Source: Azolla caroliniana (Eukaryota; Plantae; Polypodiophyta). From it: a stretch of 64,000 nt of DNA. Below the pieces are notes generated by a model. That model made no database searches. It worked only from the letters and a program-made list of their open reading frames with translations, and was not told where the DNA came from. Positions 26,454-40,618 of this stretch are shown here, piece by piece. The stretch is taken from NCBI GenBank assembly GCA_043228905.1, contig JBHGNT010000008.1, forward strand, positions 18,042,001-18,106,000, written 5' to 3'. Every line of letters begins with the position of its first letter. Positions within the stretch are counted from its first letter, which is position 1. The position numbers and the translations under genes are program-made.

Positions 26454-29400
26454 ATGGACGAATCGTTTGGCGGCATGTTCAAGCTCACCGGCTCCAATTA
26501 TTCAGTGTGGAAGTCGAAGATGAGGGACATGCTCATGGTTAAAGACCTCTGGCTGCCGGTTCAGTTCGGGGACAAGAGACCGGACAAAATCGACGCCGCG
26601 ATATGGGAGGTGATGCACATGAAGACAATGGCGTACATACGGTGCTTCATCGACATGAGCCTATACAACAACTTCAATGAAGAGAGCAAGGCTCATGAGC
26701 TCTGGGAGAAGATCGGCATAATGTTTCAGAACAAAAATGCTGTTAATCAGGTGTCGGTATTCCGGAAGCTAGTAAGACTCCGGTACCAAGATGGCTCCAG
26801 CATGGCGGAGCACATGAATGCCTTCCAGGGGCTGATTCACCAGGCAACATCTTTGGAGGTACCTCTCGCCGATGAGGTACTAGCACTACTCCTGCTCGGT
26901 TCCCTCCTGGATAGTTGGGAAACGTTGGTTGTCACTTTGGGCAATGCCGGGCCTGAAGGAAAGCAGTTATCCCTAGCAAGAGTAAAGTCGAGCTTGCTAG
27001 ATGAGGAGGCGCGTCAGAAGGATAAAGATACGAGCTCCGACTCGAAAGCGCTCCTTACCGAATCGGAACGCGGAAGACATAGAAACCGTAGTCCCCAGAA
27101 CCGGGAGAAGTCGGGGACACGGTCAAAGTCAAGGGGGAGGCCCACTTGCTTCTATTGCAGCAAGCCGGGACACTTCCAAAAGAACTGTCGGCATTTCTGA
27201 AAAGATAAGGAGACCGACGGTACCTATTCGAAGCGGACCCCGAACCGGAACGGTAAAGACCGGAGGGGGCCGGACCAGAAGGGAACGACGGCAATCGCGG
27301 CAAGTGAAGAAGAGTTGATGCTCATCACCGAGGAGAGTGAGATAAACCTTGCCGGCGACGAGATGACCTGGGTGGTAGACTCCGGAGCATTGTTCCACCT
27401 TACCCCGGACCGAAAATGCTTCTCATCCTACTCAGCCGGTGATCACGACTGTGTCCGGATGGGGAATGAAGGTACATGCCGAATTGTCGGCATAGGAGAC
27501 GTGTGGCTGTCGACACCAACCGGATGCAAGTTGCTGCTGAGGGAAGTCCGACACGTTCCGGAGGTTCGACTAAACTTGATATCAGCCGGTCGGCTAGATG
27601 ATGAGGGCTACACGGGTAGCATCCGGAACGGTGTCATGAAGTTCAGCAAAGGGAGCCTGATTGTGGCTCAGGCCCGGAAGGTAAACACACTATACCTGAT
27701 GAATGCCCGGTTATGCCCGGAAGAAGTAAACGTGGCATCCGACACTGCCGGTGAGCTGTGGCACAAGAGGCTGTGTCATATGAGTGAGAAGGGGATGAAG
27801 AGGCTTGCAGACGACAACCTCATTCCAGTGAAGAACGTGCACTTAGAGAAGTGCACTGATTGTCTGGCCGGTAAGCAGAACCGGACCTCCTTCCGACCAA
27901 GGCCACCGATGAGACGTAATGCACCACTGGAGTTGGTGCATACGGATGTGTGTCAGGTAGACATGAAGTCACATGCCGGAGCGCAGTACTTCGTGACTTT
28001 CATAGATGACCACAGCCGGAAGCTGTGGGCCACACCGTTGAAGACGAAGGATCAGGTGTTATCCGTTTTCAAAGTGCTCCACGCGAGAGTGGAAAGAGAA
28101 ACCGGCCGGAAGCTGAAGGCGGTTCGAGCAGATAACGGAGGAGAGTACCGGGGGCAGTTCGAGGAATACTGCCGCTCGAAGGGAATCCGGCTCGAATTTA
28201 TCGTGCCGAGGATGTCGGAACTAAACGGACTGGCCGAGAGGATGAACCGGACCATAATGGAGAGGGTCCGGAGTATGCTAGCGCATGCAAAACTACCCAA
28301 GAAGTTTTGGGCTAAGGCATTGTCGACGGCGACATACGTGATAAACAGATCACCCTCGGTACCCTTGGACGGAGACACGCCACAGAGAGTGTGGACTGGT
28401 AAGGAAGTGTCCTACCGGCATCTGAAGGTGTTCGGGTGTCTGGCGTACGTGCATGTAGCTAAGGACCGGAGAGGAAAGCTAGATCCAAAGACCCGGCCAT
28501 GCATATTCCTCGGTTATGGTGACGATGAGTTCGGCTACCGAGTGTGGGACCCGGTCGACAAGAAGGTATTCCGGAGTCAAGATATTATCTTCATGGAGAA
28601 CAAGACGCTCGCCGACTGGGAGTCGGAGAAGAAGATAATGAACTCCGAGTCGACTGATAAGGATAGACTCTACGATGAGTAGACCCAACCGGCAAGAGAC
28701 CGGTTAGCACTCGAAGGACCAGGCGGTTACGGTGAGGATACCGAACAGGCTGAAGAAGAAGTAGAGGAAGCTGAAACCGGAACCGGCCAAGACCCCGAAT
28801 CGGATTCAGATGAAGAGCAGATGGATGAGCTAGTCACCGAAGCCTAAAGACGGAGATATCCTCTCAGAGAGAGAAGGCCCCCCCGGAGATTTCCGGATGC
28901 AAAGCATGTTCTGCTGACCGATGAGGGGGAGCCGGAAAGCTTCGAAGAAGTGAAGGAAGACACCCACAACCGAAAATGGTTAAGTGCCATGCAGGATGAG
29001 ATGGATTCCCTGCATGAGAACCATACGTACGAATTGGTGGAGTTGCCGAAAGGAAAGCGGGCACCCTGAAACAAGTGGGTGTACAAGTTGAAACCGGGTG
29101 ATGCCGGCAACCCCTCGAGATACAAAGCCAGGATCGTGGTGAAGGGGTTCTAGTAGAAGAAGGGCGTGGACTTCGACGAGATATTTGCCCCGGTAGTAAA
29201 GATGACCTCCATCCGGACGGTGCTGAGTATAGCAGCAAGCATGGACCTCAAGGTAGAGCAGCTGGACGTGAAGACGACATTCCTTCACGGCGACCTCGAA
29301 GAGGAGATCTACATGCAGCAACCGGAAGGATTCGTGGAGAATGGGAAGGAGCACCTGGTATGCCGGTTGAAGAAGAGCCTGTACGGACTGAAGTAGGCTC

Positions 29401-30500
29401 CCCGACAATGGTACCGGAAGTTCGACTCCTTCATGACCGATCAAGGGTACCACAAGACGCAGGCCGATCACTGCGTGTTTGTGAAGAAGTTCGAAGGAGG
29501 TGACTTCTTGATACTCCTTCTGTACGTGGATGACATGTTGATCGTCGGACGTGACCAAGTCAAAATACGGATGCTGAAGAAGGCTCTCAACCGGACCTTC
29601 TCAATGAAAGACTTGGGTCCGGCAAGACAGATGCTGGGGATGCACATCATCTGGAACCAGTCAACGAAGCAATTATGGCTATCACAGGAGAAGTATCTGA
29701 CAAAGGTGCTTCACCGATTCAACATGTCAGAAGCAAAACCGGTCGGATCGACACTTCCGGCAAACTGCAGGCTGTCCGGCAAGCAAAGCCCGAAGACGAA
29801 AGCAGAGAAGGCGGATATGATGAAGATTCCATATGCCTCTGCCGTCGGGAGCTTGATGTACGCAATGGTTTGTACTCGACTGGATATAGGATACGCAGTC
29901 GGAGTGGTGAGCCGGTTCATGAGTAATCCCGGCAAGGAGCACTGGAACGCGGTCAAATGGATACTCCGGTATTTGAAGGGCACTTCAAATATGTGTCTCC
30001 GATTCGGCTCCGGAAAACCTCAACTGGACGGTTTCACCGATTCAGACATGTCGGCTGATGTGGATACCAGCAAGTCTACATCCGGGTATGTAATGACATA
30101 TGCAGGGGGAGCTGTTTCGTGGCAGTCGAGGTTGCAGAAGACAGTTACATTGTCAACCACGGAGGCGGAGTACATGGCAGCTGTGGAAGCCGGCAAGGAA
30201 ATCCTATGGATGAAGGACTTCATCGGAGAGCTCGGTATCCGGCAAGATGAATACCGGCTCTATTGCGACAGTCAAAGTGCCATCCACCTTGCTACGAATG
30301 CGGCCTACCATTCCCGGACGAAGCATATCCAGCGGAGGTATCACTAGATCTGGGAAAGAGTAGATGACCAGGAGTTCGCACTGACGAAGATCCACACGGC
30401 CGAGAACGGGTCAGATATGCTGACCAAAGTGTTGACACCCAACAAGCTGGACGCATGCCGGAAGAGGATCGGACTGGTAAGACACCCCATGCCGGAGTGA
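26454..30500 (+). pseudogene. Copia gag-pol polyprotein with several in-frame stops
   Basis: MDESFGGMFKLTGSNYSVWKSKMRD; CFYCSKPGHFQKNC; protease WVVDSGA; integrase LWHKRLCH, VHTD, RADNGGEY; RT QLDVKTTFLHG, LYVDD; RNase H FTDSD, STTEAEY. INT precedes RT, the Copia order. Confidence 0.93.
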
Positions 30501-30984
30501 AGGGGGAGTTTGTTGGGAGACAGGTCCCTCCGGATGGGAAGGGAGAAGAACAACACCGATGAACAAACTCGGTCGAGGCCGAAACCGGGTGAGGAGTACT
30601 CGGCTACGGAGAGCCGGATGATACAGAACCGGTGAAGACCGGATGAGAAGTACCCGGCTACGGAGAGCCGGATGATATAGACCCAGTGAAGACCGGATGA
30701 AAAGTACCCGGCTACGGAGAGCCGGATGATACAGACCCGGTGAAGACCGAATGAGGAGTACCCGCCTACGGAGAGCCGGATGGTGCATACCCGGTATGAA
30801 CCAGATGAAGAGACATATTCGTAAATATGTTTTCTGAGAGTTCATCGAGGCTATATTTGTAAATAGCCGAAAATTCATATTAGTATAAATATGACTTAGG
30901 GCAAACTTTTAGTAGTTGTTGTTGTCATTCTTGTTGGTGCAAGAATAGAGTGTGTGCGTAACTGTACAGAGAGAGAGAGAAAGA

Positions 30985-33462
30985 AAGAAAGAAAGATATA
31001 TTAACGTCTTCTAAGGCCAAAATTGGCCCATGAGACAAATGGTTTACAACAAAAATGGGATATTTACCCATTCATCGAAGTAAAAATAAAAAAATAAGAT
31101 GAAAAATAGAGTTTAAGCTAAATAGTTCTAAAAAATAACAAACATGTTTTATATAGAAACATGTTCTACTACAATGAAAATGGTGTTATACAATTGTTAT
31201 TTTCATTTCCATCCAAGTCTCTCGAAGAGAAGCGGAAGGTCAAAGGGTTGCGATGTGGATGTGGCCCGTGGTCCCCATGTAAGAGGTACCCCAACCATAG
31301 CTTCTAGTCGACGTAGCTCACGTTCCCTTATCTTCTTAATCTTGTCTACTCCACGTTGACTTGTTTTGAAGCCCAACATTCGAGGGCGTTTCGTTGTTCT
31401 TTGCATTTCTGCTTCCTCAAGGGAGAGGCCGAGCGGCGTAAGTGTATCCACATTCATCGTCTCCCCTTGTTCCTGAAAAATTACACTAGTTACATGGTGA
31501 TGAATACTAAGAGGGTTATCGTTAGCACTTTGTAATTTATTCTCCCTATGTTGTTTTAGGTCTAAGATATATCTACCTAGTCTCTTTACATTCGGGGTAT
31601 CTAATAGTTTGGAGAGGGTGGGAGAGGGTCCTAGTATGTCTTGGTATTCCGCTCGTATCTTGGCATAAGTTGGGCATTTGCATGTGAAGTGATACTCATC
31701 CTCTATCTCTATGTGGCATAACCTACATAACCTTTCCTCTCTAGGGACTCTATTAGCCCGACCATTCTCAATGTCAAGTTGGTGAGATGATATCCTAAGT
31801 TGTCCAATGGCCACCCTTAGTGCATTTGATAAGAATGTATCTAAATATCTTGGTCGTGTAATAAAGCCTAGCGTAGAGAAGCGCAAGAAGTGTTCCTTAT
31901 AGTACACCATTTTAGATGGGAGTGGTTCTCGTGGGGTGATCCATTTGTATCGAGTGTAAATTTGCCATATTTCTTGGCGTATCACTTTATTACGATCTTC
32001 GTGAGAGATTAAAGTTTGATCAGTCCCATGGTTGTACTTAAGGGGAGGTAGGTTATTAATGTCTATGCCGTTCGCACGGAGCCAACTCACCACGATGCTA
32101 TACCAAGAGCTAGTGTCGCCAGACACATATAAAGATCGAGACGCCTCAAAGGCTCGATGGGATATCCTATCTTGTGGTTGGCTATGTATCCGATGAATAA
32201 AAACTACCACTTGAAAGAGTGCTTCTACTAACATCGGGGGTAGACTGAACTCAGCTCTAATAATGTCATGTGGTACTGTCGATTTGTTTCGGAGTTGACG
32301 TGATAACATCGTCACTAAAGGTCTCTCTAATTGCGTCCACATGAAAGATGGTAAACCTGGAGCCCATACTACTGATGCATACATGAGGGACGGGGTCACT
32401 AATGAGTCAAAAAGCCATCCCTTAGTCCGTGGCTCTTGAAAGTATGTCTGATGGCATTGTCTCTCTAAGAGTGAGAGGGATGCATACCCTCTCGTTAGCC
32501 TATCTTTGGCTGCCTGGGTCATCGAGAATTTACCTGAGCGAGCACTAAAGGTGACTCCCAAGTATACATACGATCCCACTACCTCAACTGGTTTATGAGA
32601 GAGGATTAGGTGACATTGACTCCTAACTCGGGACGATGTATGAAAGATAAGGACTTTAGTTTTCGCTAAATTCACTACCAGTCCTCGTTGTGTACAAAAG
32701 TCATCCAGGGCATTAAGATGCTTTTGTAGGTCGTGTTCTGACTCTGAGAGCAAGACAATGTCGTCTGCGTAGAGTAAGAGACTAACTTGCGTCTCCCCAA
32801 TAGCTACTCCCTTGCCTCCCTTACGAGCAATAAAATCAGTGATCTCATCAATGTAGATCCCAAAAAGAGTCGGTGATAGGGGGCAACCCTGTTTTACACC
32901 AATGGTGCTAGTGAAACAATCGGATAGGCCACCTGGGCATCTTACACACCCAGAGACTTGCTCATATAGGGCATAAATGGCCCAGATCATGTCATCTGGT
33001 ATCTCCAAGCTCTTAAGTCTATCAAACAACCTTTCCCTAGGAACCGTGTCAAAGGCCTTGCGAAAGTCCACAAAGCAACAATATAGTTTCTTCTTACGAG
33101 CCTTTGTCTGGTCAATTAAGCACCTGAGTGTGAAGATATGGTCAATAGTGGAGAAGGCTCGTCTAAAGCCAGCTTGCTCAGGTGCTCGAAGACTTAATGT
33201 TTCCATATAATCACTGAGCTCCGCTTCCATTACTGCACCATATAGTTTAGCGAGCGTATGACCTATCATAATGGTCCTATATGTATTTGGGTCCATTGAG
33301 TCCCCTCCTTTATGTATAGGGGCCCACTGTGTTCATGGCCCATTGTGGTGGAAAACCCTCGGCGAGGGCGCGGTTGAAGATTAGAGCGAGAAGGGGGGCT
33401 AGGCACTCTCGAGCATATATGATGTGCTCGGCACACAATCCTGTGTGGTCCATGGATTTCCT
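30985..33462 (-). mobile_element. 5'-truncated RTE-X-like LINE inserted in the (GA)n tract of the Copia 3' LTR
   Basis: 697-aa ORF 33296-31203 with EQAGFR, FVDFRKAFD, GVKQGCPLSP, LYADD and a C-terminal zinc finger (QLRISSHQL..ERLCRLCH..EDEYHFTCKCP). It extends upstream through one frameshift to GKSMDHTGLCAEH. No endonuclease. (TTTC)n tail. Flanks repeat (GA)n-AAGA. The clade call is from motif recall. Confidence 0.88.
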
Positions 33463-36400
33463 GAGAGAGAGAGAGAGAAAGAGGTCGTTGCCTCTGTTGT
33501 AACCGCCGCTTGTGGCGAAGATCTGTGAGCACGAGGTCGGTGCCTCAGTGAACTCACTGTTGTATATTCTTACATAGTGACAGTTTGCAGCCTGTGGGCT
33601 GCCGTGGTTTTTCCCCTAGTTTGGGGTTTTCCACGTAAACCTCTTGTGTATCTTCCTCTTCCTCTTGTCGTGTTTTATTTCCCATTTTCTGTGTATCATT
33701 CTAAGCTAGGTTGTGGCCGAGCATTGTGCATAAGGAACGACCAGTTCCCATCAAGACAAAAGTCTGCATCATCACTGAAGAACGAGTCCCCGTCGCCCTC
33801 AACACTTCGCCGTTATACGCGGAAGGGGTCCATATGCTTGACGGTTTGGCCGATGAGGAGGTCGATGACTTCCTAGATGATCATCCCACGATCATCCCTC
33901 TCTTCGAAATAGATGCCTTACCAACCATCGAGCCATCTAAAGACGAGGAAGTCACGGAGGAGTCACCACCCCAAGATGAACCAGATCCAACCACAGTTGC
34001 CGAACGTGAACTCGCCATTTCACAACGAGTGAAAGCATCAACCCTGGAAACAATAAACCTCGGTTCGGACGAGAATCCCCGTACGTTACAAATTGTCAAT
34101 AATCTACCAACCGGAGAACGGGCATGCCTCGTAAAATTGCTCACCGACTACCAGGATGTTTTCGCTTGGTCTTACACCGATATGAAGGGGCTGGATCCTC
34201 AATACTACCAACATCAAATTCATATCTTACCCGACACTCGGCCGGTTCAGCAGAGGCACTACAGGATGAACCCCAACTATGCCGCTAAAGTCAAAGAGGA
34301 AATTGACAAACTACTCCGAGTGGGCTTCATTCACCCTGTTAAACGGGCCACGTGGTTGAGCCCGATCGTAGTGGTCCCAAAGAAGAACGGAAAAATCCGC
34401 GTCTGCATCGACTATCGGAAGCTTAACGCGGCAACAGTCACCGACGATTTCCCTCTCCCATTCACGGATAGCGTCTCGACACGGTAGCCGGCCACGAATG
34501 CTACAGTTTCCTCGACGGGTTCAGCGGCTATAACCAGATAAGAATGCACCCGGAGGATCAAGAGAAAACCGCTTTCGTCACGGAATGGGGTGTTTTTGTA
34601 GCAGAAGTTATGATGTTCGGTCTAAAAACGGCGCCGGCTATGTTCCAGCGCATCATCACCGAAATCTTTCATGACTACATCTCGACGTTCATGCAAGTCT
34701 TTCTCGACAATTTCGCCGTGTATGGCCATCGACGGGAACACATGACCGAGGTACGACTCTGCTTGGACCGATGTCGCCAAGCTCGATTGAGTTTAAACCC
34801 GGCGAAATGCGCGTTCTTAGTCACCAGCGGCAACCTTCTCGGCTACATTGTCAGTCAAGAAGGCATCGCTATGGACCCGGATAAAGTAAAGGCAATCTTG
34901 AATGCCACCGCACCCTCGAACGCTAAGGCACTAAGCCGTTTTTTGGGACAGATCCGGTGGCACAGCCGAATGATACGACACCTAGCCGATTTCGCGACAC
35001 CTTTACACGTGGTAGTCCATCGCCTTCCTTTCCAACGGACATCAATCGAGGACACGGCCTATCAGACCCTGAAACGAATGTTGTCACATGCCCCGGTGGT
35101 CTAGTCCCCGGTTTGGTCCGAACCGTTTCATGTCTTCGTAGATGCTTCGAACATCGCCATCGGAAGTGCCCTGATGCAATGCACACCCCCGAATTGGTAT
35201 AGGCCCGTGTACTACGCCAGCCAACGGCTCTCGACCGCGGAAAAGAATTACTCCACCACCGAGCGGGAGGCCCTCGGTATGGTTTATAGCATCAATAAAT
35301 TTCGGCATTACCTCTTGGGCCGAAAATTTACCTTTCACGTGGATCACTCGGCCCTTCTTTATTTGGTCAATAAACAAGCCCTCACCGGACGGTTGGCTCG
35401 GTGGATGCTCCTACTACAAGAGTTTGATTTCCAAATTCAGCATCGACCCGGGGTACAACACGCCGTCGCCGACTACTTGAGCCGTCTTGAGTCAGGGGAA
35501 CCGGCAAAAACAACGTACGACGAGCTACCGGACGCCAACCTATTTAACCTGACCACGATACCAGACAATAATGGAGATGAATGGATCACGGAGAGGACCC
35601 ATTTTCTCACTACCGGTGTACCTCCCGAGCACATGACCCTTGACACGAGAAAATGCCTAGCAGTGCGTAGCCGGAATTTTTGCCTCGTCTCAGACATTCT
35701 CTACCACAAAGGCTCGGACGGCATATGGCGTCGAGCGATTCGGCAATTCGAGAAGAACGCCGTTCTTCAGGAAGCCCACCAGGGAGTAGCTGGGGGGCAC
35801 TACGCCGGGGATTCCACGGCAAGGAAAGTTTGGCAAAGTGGATTGTGGTGGCCGACAATGAAGAAAGACGCTCACGAGTTTTGCCGGTAGTGCGATTTGT
35901 GCCAACGACTGGGGCAACCAATGGAACAGTCACGGATGCCACACCAAGCGATTCTTCCGTTGGACCCATTTCAAAAATGGGGTTTGGATTTTGTAGGCCC
36001 TTTCAAACCACCCGCGGCCCAAACAGGGAATAGGTATATTATTGTTGCCACGGATTAGTGCACCAAATGGGTCGAGGCTAAGGCACTCCGAGATAACACG
36101 GCGGCATCCACGGCTAAATTCGTGTACGAGCACCTCTGGTGCCGTTACGGATGCCCAATCGAGCTCATTAGTTATCAAGGTGGGCACTTCATCAATCACA
36201 TAATACGTGAGCTTACACACCACTACGCGGTGGTGCACAAGAAAAGCACACCATACTACCCGCAGGCGAACGGCTTGGCGGAATCGACCAATAAAATCCT
36301 CCAAACCATACTGAAGAAGATCGTCAATGAAAACAAGACCGATTGGGATGACAAACTCCAGAGCGCGTTGTGGGCATATCATACGACTTTCAAAACAAGC

Positions 36401-37135
36401 ATCCAATCAACCCCCTTTCGAATGGCGTTCGGGTTAGAAGCCGTAATGCCCGTCGAGTTCCAAGTCTCAAGCCTCCGAGTTCAAGTCAAAGCACGGCTCC
36501 CCGAGGCCCAATCCGAGCAATACCGGCTGGAACAACTCCTCGAACTCGGCGAAGATAGGATAGAGAGTATGGCCCAGCTCGAACAACGCCAACGGCAATG
36601 CAAGGCTTTCATGGATCGACTTCGACACGGGCTGGAAAAGGAGCTCACCATCGGCAAACCGGTTCTTCTTTTTCAAACACGACTCGGGTCTATGCCGGGA
36701 AAATTAAGATTTCGGTGGACCGGTCCATTCTGGATTATCGACGAGTTCAACGGGATGTTCCAGCTCGGCACGCTCGCCGGCAACACTTTTAAAAGCTAGC
36801 CCAATGGTTTCCGACTTCGACCATATCGAGGGACTACACCACCCAACCCATTTACCGAGCCACACGGCACAAACAAGTTTCGGGAGACCACCACAGAGGA
36901 GGCCACGTGTCCCCCTGAATAAGGACTCACCCACCTTCTTGAAATTAATAAAAGTAGTAGTAGGTAGGATTAACCATAGTTTAGCCACCGATTACCTACA
37001 CCTACACCACCCACCTAGGCACCCACAATTTTAGGAGCACCCCTCGCCACCACTCATTTAGTACCTATTTAAGCACATGCAAAGCACTAGAAGCACCTCA
37101 CTCACCTTCAGGACACGTGGTGCTAGTCACTTATT

Positions 37136-40100
37136 ATGGCACCCACGACTCAGAATCTTCAAGATTCGCTTCAGGCACAAAACCCTAGGAGTAAGTTACT
37201 AAAACCGTTTCCAAAACGCAGCACAGACACAGAAGTTCATTATCGCTCCCCATCTCCATCGCTCTCAAGCTCAGAAACCCCGTCTCGCTCTCATCGCGCT
37301 AAACGCTCTTGCTCTCAAGCCCTCTTTCTCTCTCATAACCCCTCTGCTAGACTTCCCGTTCCTGCTGTTCCTCCTGTGGCTCGCCCTCGCCTCATCACTC
37401 TTCTTCACGCCTCCACACAATCGAACCCCGTCTCCATCTCCACCATGCCTCTTACCACTTCAACAGAAACCCACGCCTAGCTTTAGGAACGAGGAATGGG
37501 CGGTTACCTGAAGATCATCGATGCCCCCGCGCACCCAGATGCCCAAACTGTGGCTAAACGTATAAATCCCGAAGCCATCACCAACAACGTGCTTCGGGCT
37601 GTTTTGGACCTGCAACGGGGAGGGGACCATGAGGTCGACATACCCACGGCATCAAAGATGAAAGCGTACTTCGGTGAGTACTCAGCCTCAGGGAAGGCAT
37701 ATCGCACATATGGCGGTCACAACAGAGCTTTCGGGGAGATTGCTCATATATTAATGGAGTATGTGTTCGTGCATACGAACCCAACGAGCATGCCGCAGAA
37801 CAAGGCAGCCATCATCATTAGCGCGTATGAAGGAAACAGAATCGATTGGGGAATCATCACAGGCGAGGGATTCCGCGCCGCCTTAGCTTCATTTCAGTCC
37901 GGTAAGAAGATGTTGTCTATTCTTACCCACTTTTTGATGGTTTTGTACCCACCCTCTTCTCTTCCTTCCCCTCGCACACTCACGTCCCCACCACCACCAC
38001 GAAGGCAAAAAGAGAAATTCGTTGCCATCAGCCACGAAGCATGGGAGGAGCCCACATTGCCTCCACCTCCTGCCGTTGACCAAAACCCTGCATCTGCACC
38101 ACCACCAACAAAAAAGGGCAGTTTCCGAGACCTGCCAAGAATGGGAGGAGGAGGTAGCCGCGGAAGATAACACGGCCGATGATTTCACCATTCGACAACC
38201 AACGTCGCGCCCCTCGGTAACTTCCCCAGGGCCTAGCCCACGCCCCAACACACAGCAGGTTGCACCACCACGACCCCAGAAAAGGAAGCAGGCGGAGGAA
38301 ACGACACTACCGGCCCCGGAACCCCAAACACAGCCGAGCAAGAGAAGACGGCTTAACCGCGAGTCCTCGGAAGAACAGAAAGAGCCACAACAAGAACAAG
38401 CCTTAGTTGTCAGACAGAGCAACCTGGCCATCATCCCTGAGGAGGCATCGCTGAACTAGGGAAAGATCGAGCATGGGCAGACAACGCAGATCTCGGAGGA
38501 TGAAGTCCTCAGGTATAAGGACCTCCCCGCGGAGGCTTACGAATTTAGTGCGCTCCTAAGCCTCGGTACGACATTCGAGCTGGTCGACTTCCTCGCCAGA
38601 GCCCAAGTCGCGGCAGCCGCTCGAATGGCGGAGGAGCACGCCGAAACAACAATGATTCAACGCGCGCTAATAGGTGAAATTGAGCCCCAGGAGGACAGGG
38701 CTTTACAAAAAATTGGGAGAAAGAAGCAGGCAAAATAGGTCGCTCTCCTCATGGAGGTCCCCGAGTTGAACACGGCCCTTATCGAGGCATATCGGGACCT
38801 GGATCGCACTACGCGGGCAGCCAAAGACATGGCCCGAAAGATAAAAATAGCCCAAAAACAGGCTAAGATGACTACAAAATTATGGCACGCTACGAACCAG
38901 AAGTTGGCAGCCTGGGAGCAAAACCGGCCGGAACAACAACTCTTGAGCCTTCCGGTCACGACCACCGAGGCCCTCACAGTGCCTCCACGCATAACAATGA
39001 TGGATGAAAGCACCATCACCGACTCAATCCTGACGATGCAAGCCAGTACACAAACAGACTCGTTACAAATGGTCGATGCCTGCACAACAACCGAGGCGCC
39101 CATGCCCACCGAGATACCACCACCTCGTGCACCCAAGGAGGTGGCAACCCAGACAGAACCCCTGCTCCGGGATTACCGTGCGGAGCTTAAAGAAGAACAA
39201 CGGCGAACCGAGAGACACGAACAACGGCATCAAGAGGCGATGGCTTGCCTAAAAGAAGAAGCTTCGAAGCAGATGGCCGAGATGAGAGCCCAGGCCGACC
39301 AAAGGATACACGAGCAGAACGAAGCACTGGACCGGGTACAAGCGCAAGCCGCGGGCAAAGAAGCCGAACTCAATAGCAAGCTGGAGGAATACGCATTCAC
39401 AGTGGCAAAGAAAGAGAAGGAGGTCCTAGACCTACAGGCCGCGCTCGACAATGTGAAAGACTAGAACCATTGGCAGGAGGAAAGAAATCACCAACGGGAG
39501 GAGAGAATGATCACGGAGAATGCCGAGCTGCAGAGTCAGCGTACGACCCTTAAAGAAATGGCTGACGAGTTTTTCATCAAATGCAAGCTACTTTCGGAGC
39601 AAAAAGACGAATTATCGGATTCCTACTTCGCCCTACAAGAAGAGAGAATCGTCGAACGAGAACAAATCCGGGCCACATGTCAAAAAGAACGGGAGCAAGC
39701 CACCGAAGAACTCACCAAGCGTTACGAGCAGGCTCTCCAGCTCGTAACCGCGGATGCAAAGAACACTCAAGCCATCTATGAGCTAAGAGCACAGAAGATT
39801 CAGGCCGAGGTCGACGGCTTAAAACAGGAATTAGCAGCCATCCGAGCACAGCCCGACATGGATGAGACACACATCAGAATACTGATCGAGAAACAGCGCC
39901 AACACCTTACCAAAAAGGTCGAGGAAACATTAAGTCGCGCAGGAGACGAATGGGCAGCCCAAGCTACCGAATTGCATATTTTACGCGCCGACGCCGAGAA
40001 CCGACGGAAGGAGGGCCGCGGCTTCTACAAAATGGACGAAGCCAGCATACAAAACCTACGTGCAGATTTAACCGAGGATTACCAGTCCTTGGCAAAATCT

Positions 40101-40520
40101 CACACCGCGACAATCGAGCAAATAATGGAGGACTTCAATGACGGTCAGATGTTGTTTTGCCTGGAAGCAGAAGCCTTCGAACGAGAACGACTCGCAGCCA
40201 TCCCAACCATTCCTCCAACGGCCACAGAGCAGAAGGAAGAACCTTCCAGCAAGGAGATCATGGACACGGCACAGGAGGAACTTGCCTTGGCCAACAGACA
40301 TCCCATGGACGGCCACACGGTACCAAATCCTATCGAAGTAGAGGTCAGCGCCCACGAACCCACACCCCCACCAGAAGAATCGGCCGCACCTGAGGCGGAC
40401 GCCCGAGAAGATATGACACCCCCGGACCAAACTCAACCCCCCGCACCGACAGTCCAACCAGACCACCCTGCCACCACCCTGGACCCCGAAAACATCCTCG
40501 ACATCTTAAAAGAGGAATGA
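37136..40520 (+). pseudogene. Large extra ORF of the Gypsy element between integrase and the 3' LTR; function unknown
   Basis: ORFs 37136-37480 and 37496-38170 share one frame; 38022-38459, 38751-39464 and 39507-40520 share another. They are consistent with one ~1,100-codon ORF broken by one frameshift (~38115) and TAG stops. The C-terminal half is E/K/Q/A-rich and coiled-coil-like. Confidence 0.75.
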
Positions 40521-40599
40521 AACAAGGATCATGCCTAAAAGGCAATTTTTGTAATATTGTTAGTAATTTGTAAGTTATGGGTCCGACGGACAAGGTCCT

Positions 40600-40616
40600 G
40601 TCCCACAGGCGTGCCA
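40600..40616 (-). other. Inverted PBS / sense tRNA-Arg 3'-end copy in the position where a PPT is expected
   Basis: GTCCCACAGGCGTGCCA, then GG, then the LTR start TGTTG. The minus strand reads TGGCACGCCTGTGGGAC. Confidence 0.75.
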
Positions 40617-40618
40617 GG

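Larger units (their letters stand above)
25517..33753 (+). mobile_element. Full-length decayed Ty1/Copia LTR retrotransposon (Tto1/Tnt1-like), inserted in the Gypsy pol
   Basis: 5' LTR 25517-26424. PBS TGGTATCAGAGC (tRNA-iMet) 26427-26438. PPT GAGTGAAGGGGGAG ~30495-30508. 3' LTR 30511-33753, split by a LINE. TSD AGACA at 25512-25516 and 33754-33758; removing the element restores the Gypsy peptide RRGKT|KVC. Confidence 0.96.
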
